This document shows positions 42,790-51,748 of a stretch of 64,000 nt of DNA, in pieces. The position numbers and the translations under genes are program-made. The notes beneath the pieces were generated by a model that worked only from the letters and a program-made list of their open reading frames with translations, made no database searches and was not told the DNA's origin. This stretch comes from Gammaproteobacteria bacterium (GTDB lineage: Bacteria; Pseudomonadota; Gammaproteobacteria; Pseudomonadales; JADFDG01). The stretch covers positions 10,099-74,098 of the forward strand of contig JADFDG010000012.1 in NCBI GenBank assembly GCA_018262975.1, given 5' to 3'. Every line of letters begins with the position of its first letter. The stretch's first letter is position 1.

Positions 42790-43587
42790 ATGCGCCAACG
42801 CCCCGCCCTGTTCGCCGTCGCCGCCGCCCTCGCCGTGGTGCTTGCCGCCTGCGCGGTATCGCCCACCGGTCGCAAGCAACTGCTGCTGTTTCCCGACGGC
42901 GAAGTCGCCCAGATGGGTGTCGCCGCCTTCGACCAGCAGAAGCAGGCCACCGCAGCCAGCAAGGACACGAAGACCAACGCCTACGTGCAGTGCGTGTCGA
43001 ACCACCTGCTGAAGGCCATGGGCCAGGACCCGGCGGGCTGGGAGGTCGTGGTGTTCGCCTCCGAGCAGGTCAACGCCTTCGCGTTGCCCGGCGGCAAGAT
43101 CGGCGTCTACACCGGGCTGCTGCCGGTAGCCAGCAACCAGCACATGCTCGCCGCCGTGGTGGGCCACGAGATCGGCCACGTGATTGCCAAGCATTCCAAT
43201 GAACGACTGTCGACGCAGTTCGCGACCCAGCAGGGCATGGCGGTGGTGCAGGCACTGGGTGGCGAGATGACCGAGACGAAGAAGATGCTTTACGGCGCAC
43301 TGGGCCTGGGCGCGCAGTACGGGGTGATCCTGCCGTACGGTCGCAAGCAGGAATCGGAAGCGGACGTCATCGGCCTGGACCTGATGGCGAAGGCCGGTTT
43401 CGATCCCGCGCAGGCGGTCACGCTGTGGGAGCGCATGTCGCAGGCCAACGGCAAGCAACCGCCGGAGTTCCTGTCGACCCACCCGTCGAATGAAACGCGC
43501 ATCCGCGAGTTGCAGGCACGGATGGGCAAGGCCCTGGCGTTGCAGCAGCAGGCACGCGCCGCCGGCGCCGCGCCGAACTGCAAGTGA
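42790..43587 (+). CDS. M48 family metallopeptidase lipoprotein (YcaL/LoiP-like)
   Basis: Internal start MRQRPALFAVAAALAVVLAAC (lipobox), HEIGH zinc motif, ESEAD downstream. Confidence 0.85.
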   Translation: MRQRPALFAVAAALAVVLAACAVSPTGRKQLLLFPDGEVAQMGVAAFDQQKQATAASKDTKTNAYVQCVSNHLLKAMGQDPAGWEVVVFASEQVNAFALPGGKIGVYTGLLPVASNQHMLAAVVGHEIGHVIAKHSNERLSTQFATQQGMAVVQALGGEMTETKKMLYGALGLGAQYGVILPYGRKQESEADVIGLDLMAKAGFDPAQAVTLWERMSQANGKQPPEFLSTHPSNETRIRELQARMGKALALQQQARAAGAAPNCK

Positions 43588-46500
43588 AGCTGCCACGCCT
43601 CTTCCCCGCGCTGGCAACGCCGGACGCGGGCGGTCGCGACGTGCGCGTGGCCGGCCTGGCCGGCGCCGCGGCGGCCCTGTTCCTCACCGAGACGGCGCGT
43701 GCGCAGCGCGCACCCTGCCTGGTGGTCACGGCCAGCACCACGGACGCCTACCGGCTCGAGGAAGAGCTGAAGTTCTTCGCCGGCGACGATCTGCCGGTGC
43801 TGCATTTCCCTGACTGGGAAACGCTGCCGTACGACAATTTCTCGCCGCACCAGGACCTCGTCTCCCAGCGACTGGAAACATTGTCCCGGTTACCGCACCT
43901 CCAGCAGGCGCTGCTGGTCGTGCCGGTGGGCACGCTGCTGCACCGCGTCTGCCCGCCCGCCTTCGTCGCCGCCGGCCTGCGGCTACGTCCCGGCGCGCGC
44001 CTGCAGGTCGAGGCACTGCGCCGCACACTGGAGGAAAGCGGTTACCAGTGCGTCGACACCGTGTACGAGCACGGCCAGTTCGCGGTACGCGGCTCGCTGC
44101 TCGACCTGTACCCGATGGGTTTTGAAACGCCGGTGCGCATCGAACTGTTCGATGACGAAGTCGATACGCTGCGTGCATTCGACCCGGAAACCCAGCGTTC
44201 CGGCGACAAGGTCGACAGCATCGACCTGTTGCCGGCGCGCGAATTCCCCTTCACGAAGGACGCCCTCGACCGCTTCCGGCAGCGGTTTCGCGAGCGTTTC
44301 GACGTCGATCACCGGCAGTGCCCGGTGTACCAGGACATCAGCCGCGGCATTGCCCCGCCGGGCATCGAGTACTACCACCCCCTGTTCTTCGACCGCCTGG
44401 CGGCACTCACCGACTACTTGCCGGCGGGTACGACGGTTTGCCTCATGCCGGGCGTGCACGAGGCAGCCGACACCTTCTGGCGCGAAGTGCGCGAACGGCA
44501 CGACGAACGTTCCCATGACCGCCTGGCACCGATCCTGCCGCCGCAGGAGTTGTTCCTGCCGGTCGAGGAACTGTTCGGCAGCCTGCGTGCACTGCCGCGC
44601 TACATCGTGAACGACGGCGACGAGGCACCGCTGGCCGGCGTGCCCCCCGCCCTGCCGGTCAATCCGCGCAGCGACGACCCCATCGCCCCGTTGCGCGCGC
44701 ACCTGGCCGCACCCGGCCGACGCACGCTGCTGTGCGCCGAGTCGGCCGGCCGGCGCGAAGCGCTGCTCGAAGTGCTCGGACGGCACGGCATGCGCCCGCA
44801 GGCCGTCGACGGCTGGCTGGCATTCGTCAACGGCGATGCCGACGTGGCCATCACCGTGGCGGCGCTGGAGCGTGGCCTCGAACTACCCTCGCGCGCCCTG
44901 TCGCTGGTGGCCGAGCCGCAGCTGTTCGGCGAACGGGTCATGCAGCGCCGGCGGCGCGAACGGCAACAGGCTCAGGCCGCCGAGAACACCATCCGCAACC
45001 TCACCGAACTGCGCCTGGGCGCGCCGGTGGTGCACATCGACGCCGGCGTCGGCCGTTACCTGGGACTGACCACGCTGACCATCGAGGGGCAGGCGCTGGA
45101 GTTCCTGACGCTCGAATACGCCGACGGCGCCAAGCTGTACGTGCCGGTCGCCAACCTGCACCTCGTGTCGCGCTACAGCGGCGCCGACGAGGAAAGCGCG
45201 CCGCTGCACCGCCTCGGCTCCGACCAGTGGGCGAAGGCCAGGCGCAAGGCCGCCGAGCAGGTGCGCGACGTGGCGGCCGAACTGCTCGACGTGAACGCAC
45301 GCCGCGCCGCGCGCAAGGGCGTGTCCTTCGGCGTACCGGAGATCGATTACGCCGCATTCGCCGCGGGCTTTGCCTTCGAGGAAACCCCCGACCAGCAGGC
45401 TGCCATCGAGGCGGTGCTCACCGACCTGAAGGCGGCCAAACCCATGGACCGCCTGGTGTGCGGCGACGTCGGCTTCGGCAAGACCGAGGTGGCCATGCGC
45501 GCCGCCTTCGTGGTGGCGCAGGCCGGCAAGCAGGTGGCGGTGCTGGTGCCCACCACCCTGCTCGCGCAGCAGCACTACGAGTCGTTCCGCGACCGCTTCG
45601 CCGACTGGCCGGTGACCATCGAGGTACTCAGCCGCTTCAAGACCGGGCAGGAAACCGACGAGGCGCTGCGCCGGGTAGCCGAGGGCAAGGTCGACATCGT
45701 GATCGGCACGCACAAGCTGCTGCAGCCGGACGTGAAGTTCGCCAACCTCGGCCTGCTGATCGTCGACGAGGAACACCGCTTCGGCGTGCGCCAGAAGGAG
45801 CAGCTCAAGCAGCTGCGCGCGGAAGTGGACATGCTCACGCTCACCGCCACGCCGATCCCGCGTACGCTGAACATGGCGCTTTCCGGGCTGCGCGAGATTT
45901 CCATCATCGCCACGCCGCCGGCACGCCGCCTGTCCATCAAGACCTTCGTGCGCGAGGACAGCCCGGCACTGGTCAAGGAAGCCGTGCTGCGCGAACTGCT
46001 GCGCGGCGGCCAGGTCTACTACCTGCACAACGAGGTGAAGACCATCGAGCAGTGCGCGGCCAACCTCGCCGCGCTGGTGCCGGAAGCGCGCATCGCCGTG
46101 GCCCACGGCCAGATGCGCGAGCGCGAGCTCGAGGAAGTGATGAGCGCGTTCTACCACCGGCGCCACAACGTGCTGGTGTGCTCGACCATCATCGAGACCG
46201 GCATCGACGTGCCGACCGCCAACACCATCATCATCGAGCGCGCCGACAAATTCGGCCTTGCCCAGTTGCACCAGTTGCGCGGCCGTGTCGGCCGCTCGCA
46301 CCACCAGGCCTATGCCTGGCTGCTCACGCCCAACCGCCGCGCCATGACCGACGACGCCATCAAGCGCCTCGATGCGATCGCCAGCGCCCAGGAGCTCGGC
46401 GCCGGCTTCGCGCTGGCCAGCCACGACCTCGAGATCCGCGGCGCCGGCGAACTGCTCGGCGAGGGCCAGAGCGGCGACATCCAGACCATCGGCCTGTCGC

Positions 46501-47066
46501 TGTACATGGACATGCTCGACCGCGCGGTGAAAGCCATCCGCGCCGGCAAGCAGCCCAACCTCGACCAGCCGTTCCACCACGGCACCGAGATCAACCTGAA
46601 CATCCCGGCGCTCATCCCCGACGACTACATCGGCGACGTGCATACGCGGCTGGTGCTGTACAAGCGCATCGCCAGCGCTGCCGGCGACGAGGAGCTGAGA
46701 GAACTGCAGGTGGAAATGATCGACCGCTTCGGCATGCTGCCAGCGCCGGTCAAGCTGCTGTTCCGCGTGACCGGCGTGAAACTGCGTGCCGAAGCGCTCG
46801 GCATCCGCAAGATCGACGCCAACGCCGGCGGCGGCCGGGTGGAATTCGAGGGCGAGACGCGCGTCGACCCGCTGGCGCTGATCCAGCTGGTGCAACGCTT
46901 CCCGCAACGCTACAAGATGGAAGGCGGCAGCAAGTTGCGCTACGTTGACGCCACGAACACGCCGGACGAAAGGGTGGATGCGGTGGAGCGGCTACTGGAT
47001 GCACTGGCAGCCAAGCCTGCACCCACGTCCCCGCGCGCGGCACCCGCCACCGGCAAGCGCCGCTAG
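43584..47066 (+). CDS. mfd: Transcription-repair coupling factor
   Basis: 1160 aa. GDVGFGKTEVAMRA Walker A, DEEHRFG DEAH box, TRG motif region. GTG start overlaps the M48 stop. Confidence 0.95.
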   Translation: MKLPRLFPALATPDAGGRDVRVAGLAGAAAALFLTETARAQRAPCLVVTASTTDAYRLEEELKFFAGDDLPVLHFPDWETLPYDNFSPHQDLVSQRLETLSRLPHLQQALLVVPVGTLLHRVCPPAFVAAGLRLRPGARLQVEALRRTLEESGYQCVDTVYEHGQFAVRGSLLDLYPMGFETPVRIELFDDEVDTLRAFDPETQRSGDKVDSIDLLPAREFPFTKDALDRFRQRFRERFDVDHRQCPVYQDISRGIAPPGIEYYHPLFFDRLAALTDYLPAGTTVCLMPGVHEAADTFWREVRERHDERSHDRLAPILPPQELFLPVEELFGSLRALPRYIVNDGDEAPLAGVPPALPVNPRSDDPIAPLRAHLAAPGRRTLLCAESAGRREALLEVLGRHGMRPQAVDGWLAFVNGDADVAITVAALERGLELPSRALSLVAEPQLFGERVMQRRRRERQQAQAAENTIRNLTELRLGAPVVHIDAGVGRYLGLTTLTIEGQALEFLTLEYADGAKLYVPVANLHLVSRYSGADEESAPLHRLGSDQWAKARRKAAEQVRDVAAELLDVNARRAARKGVSFGVPEIDYAAFAAGFAFEETPDQQAAIEAVLTDLKAAKPMDRLVCGDVGFGKTEVAMRAAFVVAQAGKQVAVLVPTTLLAQQHYESFRDRFADWPVTIEVLSRFKTGQETDEALRRVAEGKVDIVIGTHKLLQPDVKFANLGLLIVDEEHRFGVRQKEQLKQLRAEVDMLTLTATPIPRTLNMALSGLREISIIATPPARRLSIKTFVREDSPALVKEAVLRELLRGGQVYYLHNEVKTIEQCAANLAALVPEARIAVAHGQMRERELEEVMSAFYHRRHNVLVCSTIIETGIDVPTANTIIIERADKFGLAQLHQLRGRVGRSHHQAYAWLLTPNRRAMTDDAIKRLDAIASAQELGAGFALASHDLEIRGAGELLGEGQSGDIQTIGLSLYMDMLDRAVKAIRAGKQPNLDQPFHHGTEINLNIPALIPDDYIGDVHTRLVLYKRIASAAGDEELRELQVEMIDRFGMLPAPVKLLFRVTGVKLRAEALGIRKIDANAGGGRVEFEGETRVDPLALIQLVQRFPQRYKMEGGSKLRYVDATNTPDERVDAVERLLDALAAKPAPTSPRAAPATGKRR

Positions 47067-47085
47067 CCGATACCAGGAGACGACC

Positions 47086-47709
47086 ATGATGAAGCCACGC
47101 CTGCCCGCCACCTTGCTGGCCACGCTCGTGCTCGGGCTGGGTGCCAGCCTGCCGGCGTGGGCGGGCTTGCGCGTGGACCTGCTTGCCTTCAGCCATCCCG
47201 GCGCCAGTGGCGCCGGTTACTGGGCCGACCAGCGCCCGCTGCCACCCTGCCACGCCGTGCGCCTGCGTGACGGTGGCGGCGCCGAGGCCGCATTCACCAA
47301 CGGCACCGGCGACTGCGTGCGCAGCAGCGGCCACGACGCGGCCACCGGCGGCTTCCCCGCCGCCGGCAACTCGGCGCTCGGCAACCACGCCACCAAGCTC
47401 AAGGGCAAGGGCTATGCCCTGCTGCTCGACCGCGGCTGGAAGCAGGCAGCCACCAACCAGTCACCGGTGCTGCTCAACGGCGGACGCCGTACGGACGCAC
47501 GCCAGGAACTGTCCGGCACCATCACGCTCGGCGGGACCGAGCGCATGCCGGAAGTGACGCTGCAACTGGTGCTGACACGCATGGACGGCGACAAGCCGCA
47601 GTACGTGGTGCTGGAGGAAACCCGCCGGCTGAAGCCCGACGAACCGAACTACTTCGACCACCCGTTGTTCGGCGTGATCCTGCAGGTCGGCAGCGACGGC
47701 AGCCCCTGA
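47086..47709 (+). CDS. Periplasmic protein, tentatively CsiV/DUF2803 family
   Basis: MMKPRLPATLLATLVLGLGASLPAWA signal peptide, C-terminal YFDHPLFGVILQV motif, GGAGA SD. The family assignment is from memory and tentative. Confidence 0.55.
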   Translation: MMKPRLPATLLATLVLGLGASLPAWAGLRVDLLAFSHPGASGAGYWADQRPLPPCHAVRLRDGGGAEAAFTNGTGDCVRSSGHDAATGGFPAAGNSALGNHATKLKGKGYALLLDRGWKQAATNQSPVLLNGGRRTDARQELSGTITLGGTERMPEVTLQLVLTRMDGDKPQYVVLEETRRLKPDEPNYFDHPLFGVILQVGSDGSP

Positions 47710-47715
47710 GCCGTC

Positions 47716-48459
47716 TCAACCGTCGTTGGCGATGAAGTCCGCCAGCAGCGCCTGCACCGCCACCCGCGCGGTATCCAGCGCTGCCGAAATCGCCGCCTGC
47801 GCGATGACCTTGCCGCTCTTCCCGGCGGCCGGGTTCACCACCAGGCACAGCATCGCGTAGCGCAGGCCGAGTTCACGGGCCAGAGCCGCTTCCGGCATCG
47901 CGGTCATGCCGACGATGTCGCAGCCGTCGCGTTCGTAGCGCCTGACTTCCGCAGCCGTCTCCCACCGCGGGCCTTGCGCCACCGCGTAAACGCCCTGCGC
48001 GCTGTGCGGCAGGCGCGCGCGCGCCAGGCATTCCAGCAGGTTGGCGCGCAGGCCGGCATCGAACGGTTCGCTGACATCGACATGGCGCAAGTCGCTGTCA
48101 GGCGTGCCGTCGCTGAACGTGTGCGCGCGCCCCCAGGTGTAATCGACGAGGTCGTGTGGCACCACGAAATGCCCGGGCGCCTGCATGCCGGCGTGGATGC
48201 CTCCCACCGCGTTTACCGCCAGCACGCGGTCGACGCCGGCATCGGCCAGCGCACGCAGGTTGGCGCGGTAATTGATGCAATGCGGCGGGATGGCGTGCGG
48301 ATCGCCGTGGCGCGGCAGGAATACCAGCGCGTGCGCACCAACCCGTCCGAGGACAAGCGACGCCGAGGGTCTGCCGAACGGCGTCGTCACCTGACGACGT
48401 TCGCTGACGACCATGCCCGGCACGCCAGCAAGCCCGGAACCGCCGATGATCGCCAACAC
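47716..48459 (-). CDS. S-methyl-5'-thioadenosine/thioinosine phosphorylase (PNP family 2)
   Basis: 247 aa. MLAIIGGSGL, FLPRHG and VGMTAMPEAALAREL motifs. Confidence 0.88.
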   Translation of the reverse strand: MLAIIGGSGLAGVPGMVVSERRQVTTPFGRPSASLVLGRVGAHALVFLPRHGDPHAIPPHCINYRANLRALADAGVDRVLAVNAVGGIHAGMQAPGHFVVPHDLVDYTWGRAHTFSDGTPDSDLRHVDVSEPFDAGLRANLLECLARARLPHSAQGVYAVAQGPRWETAAEVRRYERDGCDIVGMTAMPEAALARELGLRYAMLCLVVNPAAGKSGKVIAQAAISAALDTARVAVQALLADFIANDG

Positions 48460-48460
48460 C

Positions 48461-49015
48461 TCAGTGCCCCTTCACCGCGTAGATTCCCGGCGCGTTGCGC
48501 CAGTAACCGTGGTAATCCATGCCGTAACCGAACAGGAAGCGATCCGGCATTTCCAGTGCGGCATAGTCGGCGCGCAGGCCGGGACGCGCCTTGCGCCCGT
48601 GCACCTTGTCGACCAGCACCGCCGTGCGCACTGACGCGGCCTCCTGCGACTGGCAGGCGTCGGCGATGGCCAGCAACGTGCTGCCCACGTCGAGGATGTC
48701 GTCAACCAGCAGCACGTGGCGCCCGCGCAGCGGCACTGATGGCATGGCCCGCCATTCGATGCCGCCTCCCGCGGTGGCGTTGCCGTAGCGCGTCGCGTGC
48801 ACGTAATCGAAGTCGAGCGGAAAGCGCAGTTGCGTCAGCAACTGTCCGGCAAACACCACGCCGCCCTTGAGCACGCACAGCACCACCGGATCCAGCTCGG
48901 CAAGGTCGGCGCTGATGCGCGCGGCCACCGCGGTGATCGCCGCGCGGACCTGATCCTCGGCAGCCAGGCAGTCCGCTTCGGCCAGCAATTGCCGCAGCGC
49001 AGCGGGTTCGCTCAC
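48461..49015 (-). CDS. hpt: Hypoxanthine-guanine phosphoribosyltransferase
   Basis: 184 aa. VLLVDDILDVGSTL PRPP-binding motif. Confidence 0.88.
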   Translation of the reverse strand: MSEPAALRQLLAEADCLAAEDQVRAAITAVAARISADLAELDPVVLCVLKGGVVFAGQLLTQLRFPLDFDYVHATRYGNATAGGGIEWRAMPSVPLRGRHVLLVDDILDVGSTLLAIADACQSQEAASVRTAVLVDKVHGRKARPGLRADYAALEMPDRFLFGYGMDYHGYWRNAPGIYAVKGH

Positions 49016-50061
49016 ACCGTCGCCCCGTCGCCGACGGTCGGGCCATGGCTGGCCACCGTGGCACCCAACGGCGCAATGCGCGCGCGCGCCTGCGCCAGTC
49101 TCGCGGCATCAACCACCGGCGCAGCCGCGCGCAGGCGCTCGATGCGCGCGGTGGCCGTCGGGTCGCTGCCACGCTGTTCGAGCCAGGGCAGCACCTCCAG
49201 CACGCCGGCACGGCAGTTGCAGACCAGCACCATGTCGCAGCCGGCATCGAGGGCAGCCCGCGCACGATCCACGTAGGAACCGGCGCCGGCGGCACCCTCC
49301 ATGCTGAGGTCGTCACTGAAGATCACGCCGTCGAAACCCAGCGAGCCGCGCAGCACGTCCTGCAACCAGTAGCGCGAAAAACCGGCGGGCTGCGGATCGA
49401 TCTGCTCATAGACCACGTGCGCCGGCATGACGCCGCCCAACCGGCGCGCCAGCCGCCGGAACGGTATCAGGTCGTCGGCCTCCAGCGCGCCGATGCCGCG
49501 CTCGTCCACCGGGATGGCATGGTGCGAGTCAGCGGCCACGAAACCGTGGCCGGGGAAATGCTTGCCGGTGGCCTGCATGCCGGCGGCGTTCATGCCGTGC
49601 ACGAAGGCGCCGGCCAGCGCGGTGACCGCGGCCGGGTCGCGGTGGAAGGCACGGTCGCCGATCACCGCGCTGGCGCCGAAATCCAGGTCCAGCACCGGCG
49701 CGAAACTGATATCGATGTCCAGCGCCAGCACCTCGGCGGCCATCAGCCAGCCACACTCCTCGGCCAGCGCCACCGCGGCATCGGCGTCCTCGTCCCACAT
49801 CCGGCCAAACACGCGCATCGGCGGCAACTTCACGAAGCCATTGCGCAGACGCTGTACGCGCCCGCCTTCCTGGTCGACGGCCACCAGGATGTCCGGCCGC
49901 AGCGCGCGCACCCCCGCCACCAGCGCCGCCACTTGCTGCGCATCGACGATATTGCGGCTGAACAGGATGAGGCCACCCACGGCAGGCCGCTGAAGCAGGT
50001 CACGCTCCTCGTCGGTGAGCGCGGTTCCTGCGAGATCGAGCATCAACGGGCCGGGACGCAT
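49012..50061 (-). CDS. nagZ: Beta-N-acetylhexosaminidase NagZ
   Basis: Internal start MRPGPLMLDLAGTALTDEERDLL, VDQEGGRVQR and KHFPGHG GH3 motifs. Confidence 0.9.
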   Translation of the reverse strand: MRPGPLMLDLAGTALTDEERDLLQRPAVGGLILFSRNIVDAQQVAALVAGVRALRPDILVAVDQEGGRVQRLRNGFVKLPPMRVFGRMWDEDADAAVALAEECGWLMAAEVLALDIDISFAPVLDLDFGASAVIGDRAFHRDPAAVTALAGAFVHGMNAAGMQATGKHFPGHGFVAADSHHAIPVDERGIGALEADDLIPFRRLARRLGGVMPAHVVYEQIDPQPAGFSRYWLQDVLRGSLGFDGVIFSDDLSMEGAAGAGSYVDRARAALDAGCDMVLVCNCRAGVLEVLPWLEQRGSDPTATARIERLRAAAPVVDAARLAQARARIAPLGATVASHGPTVGDGATV

Positions 50062-50174
50062 GCGGGTACTCCTCGCAAGGGGGCAATCGGGATCGGGGGC
50101 CACTGCACGCTGGCAGACAGCACGTGCGCAGTGTAGCGAACAGCGCCCGGCCCTTCACGCACCGCGCGGGCTGC

Positions 50175-50657
50175 TCAGGCGACGATGTCCACCGGCGTGC
50201 CGGCCGGCACGAGGTCGAACAGCTCGATCACGTCGCTGTTGCGCATGCGGATGCAGCCGTGCGAGCGCGGCTCGCCCATGGGCTCGGAGTCGGGGGTGCC
50301 GTGGATGTAGATATAGCGCTGCTGGGTATCGACATCGCCGAGCCGGTTGCGGCCAGGCTCGCGCCCGCACAACCAGAGGATGCGGCTGAGGATCCAGTCG
50401 CGCCCGGGCTGCGCTTCGTGCAGCGCGGCATCCCAGACTTCCCCGGTGAAACGCCGCCCGCGCAGCACCGCGCCGGCCGGCAGGTCCGCACCGATGCGCG
50501 CACGCACGTAATGGGCACCGCGCGGCGTCTGCTCGGAACCCTTGCGCTCACCCACGCCGCGCAGCCCGGTGGACACCGGGTAGCGGCGCAGCAACTCGTC
50601 GTCGCGCCACAGTTCCAGTTGCTGGCTGGCGACGTCCACGCGGATGCGCAGGCTCAT
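50175..50657 (-). CDS. L,D-transpeptidase (YkuD) domain protein without an obvious signal peptide
   Basis: 160 aa. IHGTPDSEPMGEPRSHGCIRMRN catalytic His/Cys motif. Its ATG overlaps the psrA stop. Confidence 0.8.
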   Translation of the reverse strand: MSLRIRVDVASQQLELWRDDELLRRYPVSTGLRGVGERKGSEQTPRGAHYVRARIGADLPAGAVLRGRRFTGEVWDAALHEAQPGRDWILSRILWLCGREPGRNRLGDVDTQQRYIYIHGTPDSEPMGEPRSHGCIRMRNSDVIELFDLVPAGTPVDIVA

Positions 50658-51295
50658 GCGTTCGCACCCTGGCGCAGCCCGGCGCTGACGAACGGCAACA
50701 GCCGCTGCACCACGTCGTCGAACGCCTGCCGGCGACCGAAATCCGCCTCGGCGATGGCCATCAGCGGCGCCAGTCCCGACAGCGTGAAAATGACCGAGCC
50801 GAGGGCGAAATGCGCGCGCCAGAACATCTCGGCAGGTGGCACGCCGGGCGCCGCCTGCCGCACCAGGCGCTGCAGACGCGCAAAGGTATTGCCGTAGCGG
50901 GACGCCAGGTAGCGACGCAGGTGGCCCTGCGACTCGTTGTAGGCCAACCCGATCAGGCGCATGAACACTACGCCGCGGGCAGGGTCACGGGCATTGAGCT
51001 CGATGGCGGTGCGCGCCACCAGCGCCAGCAGATCCTCGAGGCTGAGCTGCTCGGCACCGGTATCGGCCAGCCGGCGATCGATGGCGGCGTCCAGCGCCGC
51101 GCAGAAGGGGGTCAGGAAGCGCTCGAAGACCGCCTGGATGAGCGCCTTCTTCGAGCCGAAGTGATAGTTGACGGCGGCCAGGTTGACCCCGGCGCGACTG
51201 GTGATCGAGCGCAGCGACGTCTCGGCGAAGCCCTTCTCGGCGAAAAGCTGTTCGGCGGTATCGAGGATCCGCGCAACCGTGCCGTGCTGTGTCAT
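50654..51295 (-). CDS. psrA: TetR-family regulator, PsrA-like
   Basis: Internal start MTQHGTVARILDTAEQLFAEKGFAETSLRSITSRAGVNLAAVNYHFGSKKALIQAVF is near-identical in pattern to Pseudomonas PsrA as I recall it. Confidence 0.8.
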   Translation of the reverse strand: MTQHGTVARILDTAEQLFAEKGFAETSLRSITSRAGVNLAAVNYHFGSKKALIQAVFERFLTPFCAALDAAIDRRLADTGAEQLSLEDLLALVARTAIELNARDPARGVVFMRLIGLAYNESQGHLRRYLASRYGNTFARLQRLVRQAAPGVPPAEMFWRAHFALGSVIFTLSGLAPLMAIAEADFGRRQAFDDVVQRLLPFVSAGLRQGANA

Positions 51296-51305
51296 CGCGC
51301 CCCCG

Positions 51306-51333
51306 CAAACATACGTTTGAAACATATGTTTAC
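51306..51333. promoter_or_regulatory. Two adjacent PsrA-box palindromes upstream of psrA
   Basis: CAAAC-atac-GTTTG (51306-51319) and GAAAC-atat-GTTTa (51319-51333) fit the published G/CAAAC(N2-4)GTTTG/C consensus. They lie 11-38 nt upstream of the ATG. Confidence 0.55.
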
Positions 51334-51349
51334 GCCGTTCGCGCTGTCA

Positions 51350-51383
51350 AGAAACGACAACGGCGGGCCGGGGCCCGCCGTTG
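51350..51383 (-). terminator. Intrinsic terminator after csrA
   Basis: caacggcgggc-cggg-gcccgccgttg 11-bp stem. On the minus strand it is followed by tcgtttctt. Confidence 0.7.
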
Positions 51384-51407
51384 CTCAAGGTCCGCAGAAG
51401 GCCGGCC

Positions 51408-51605
51408 TCAGCCGACCTCGCGCTCGTCGGCCGGCACCTCACCACCCTCGTGGATGCGCTGCCAGATCTCCTCGCGGTGCACGCTGACGTTCTTGGGCGC
51501 CTCGATGCCAACCTTGTACTGGTTGCCGCGCACGCCCAGCAAGGTGATGACGACATCGTCGCCGATACGAATCTTTTCGCCGACCCGACGGGTAAGTACG
51601 AGCAT
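51408..51605 (-). CDS. csrA: Carbon storage regulator CsrA/RsmA family protein
   Basis: Internal start [47 protein letters not shown], 65 aa. GAGGG lies 7 nt upstream. Confidence 0.9.
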   Translation of the reverse strand: MLVLTRRVGEKIRIGDDVVITLLGVRGNQYKVGIEAPKNVSVHREEIWQRIHEGGEVPADEREVG

Positions 51606-51608
51606 GGG

Positions 51609-51639
51609 ATAGCCCTCTGCATCCATGTGACAGGGCTAT
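51609..51639 (-). promoter_or_regulatory. Leader hairpin with a CsrA-site-like loop; its 3' arm contains the csrA SD
   Basis: mRNA sense: AUAGCCCU-GUCACAUGGAUGCAG-AGGGCUAU-CCC-AUG. The loop ACAUGGAUGC resembles the SELEX consensus ACARGGAUGU. Confidence 0.5.
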
Positions 51640-51748
51640 TCTTGATTATCGTGTCAGGCGGCGAAATCGGGAAATCTACGGCCCCTTTGCGGGCTGTACG
51701 GAGGCCGGGAACCCCGGCTTTGCACCGGGGTCCGCGCTGCTCATGGCA

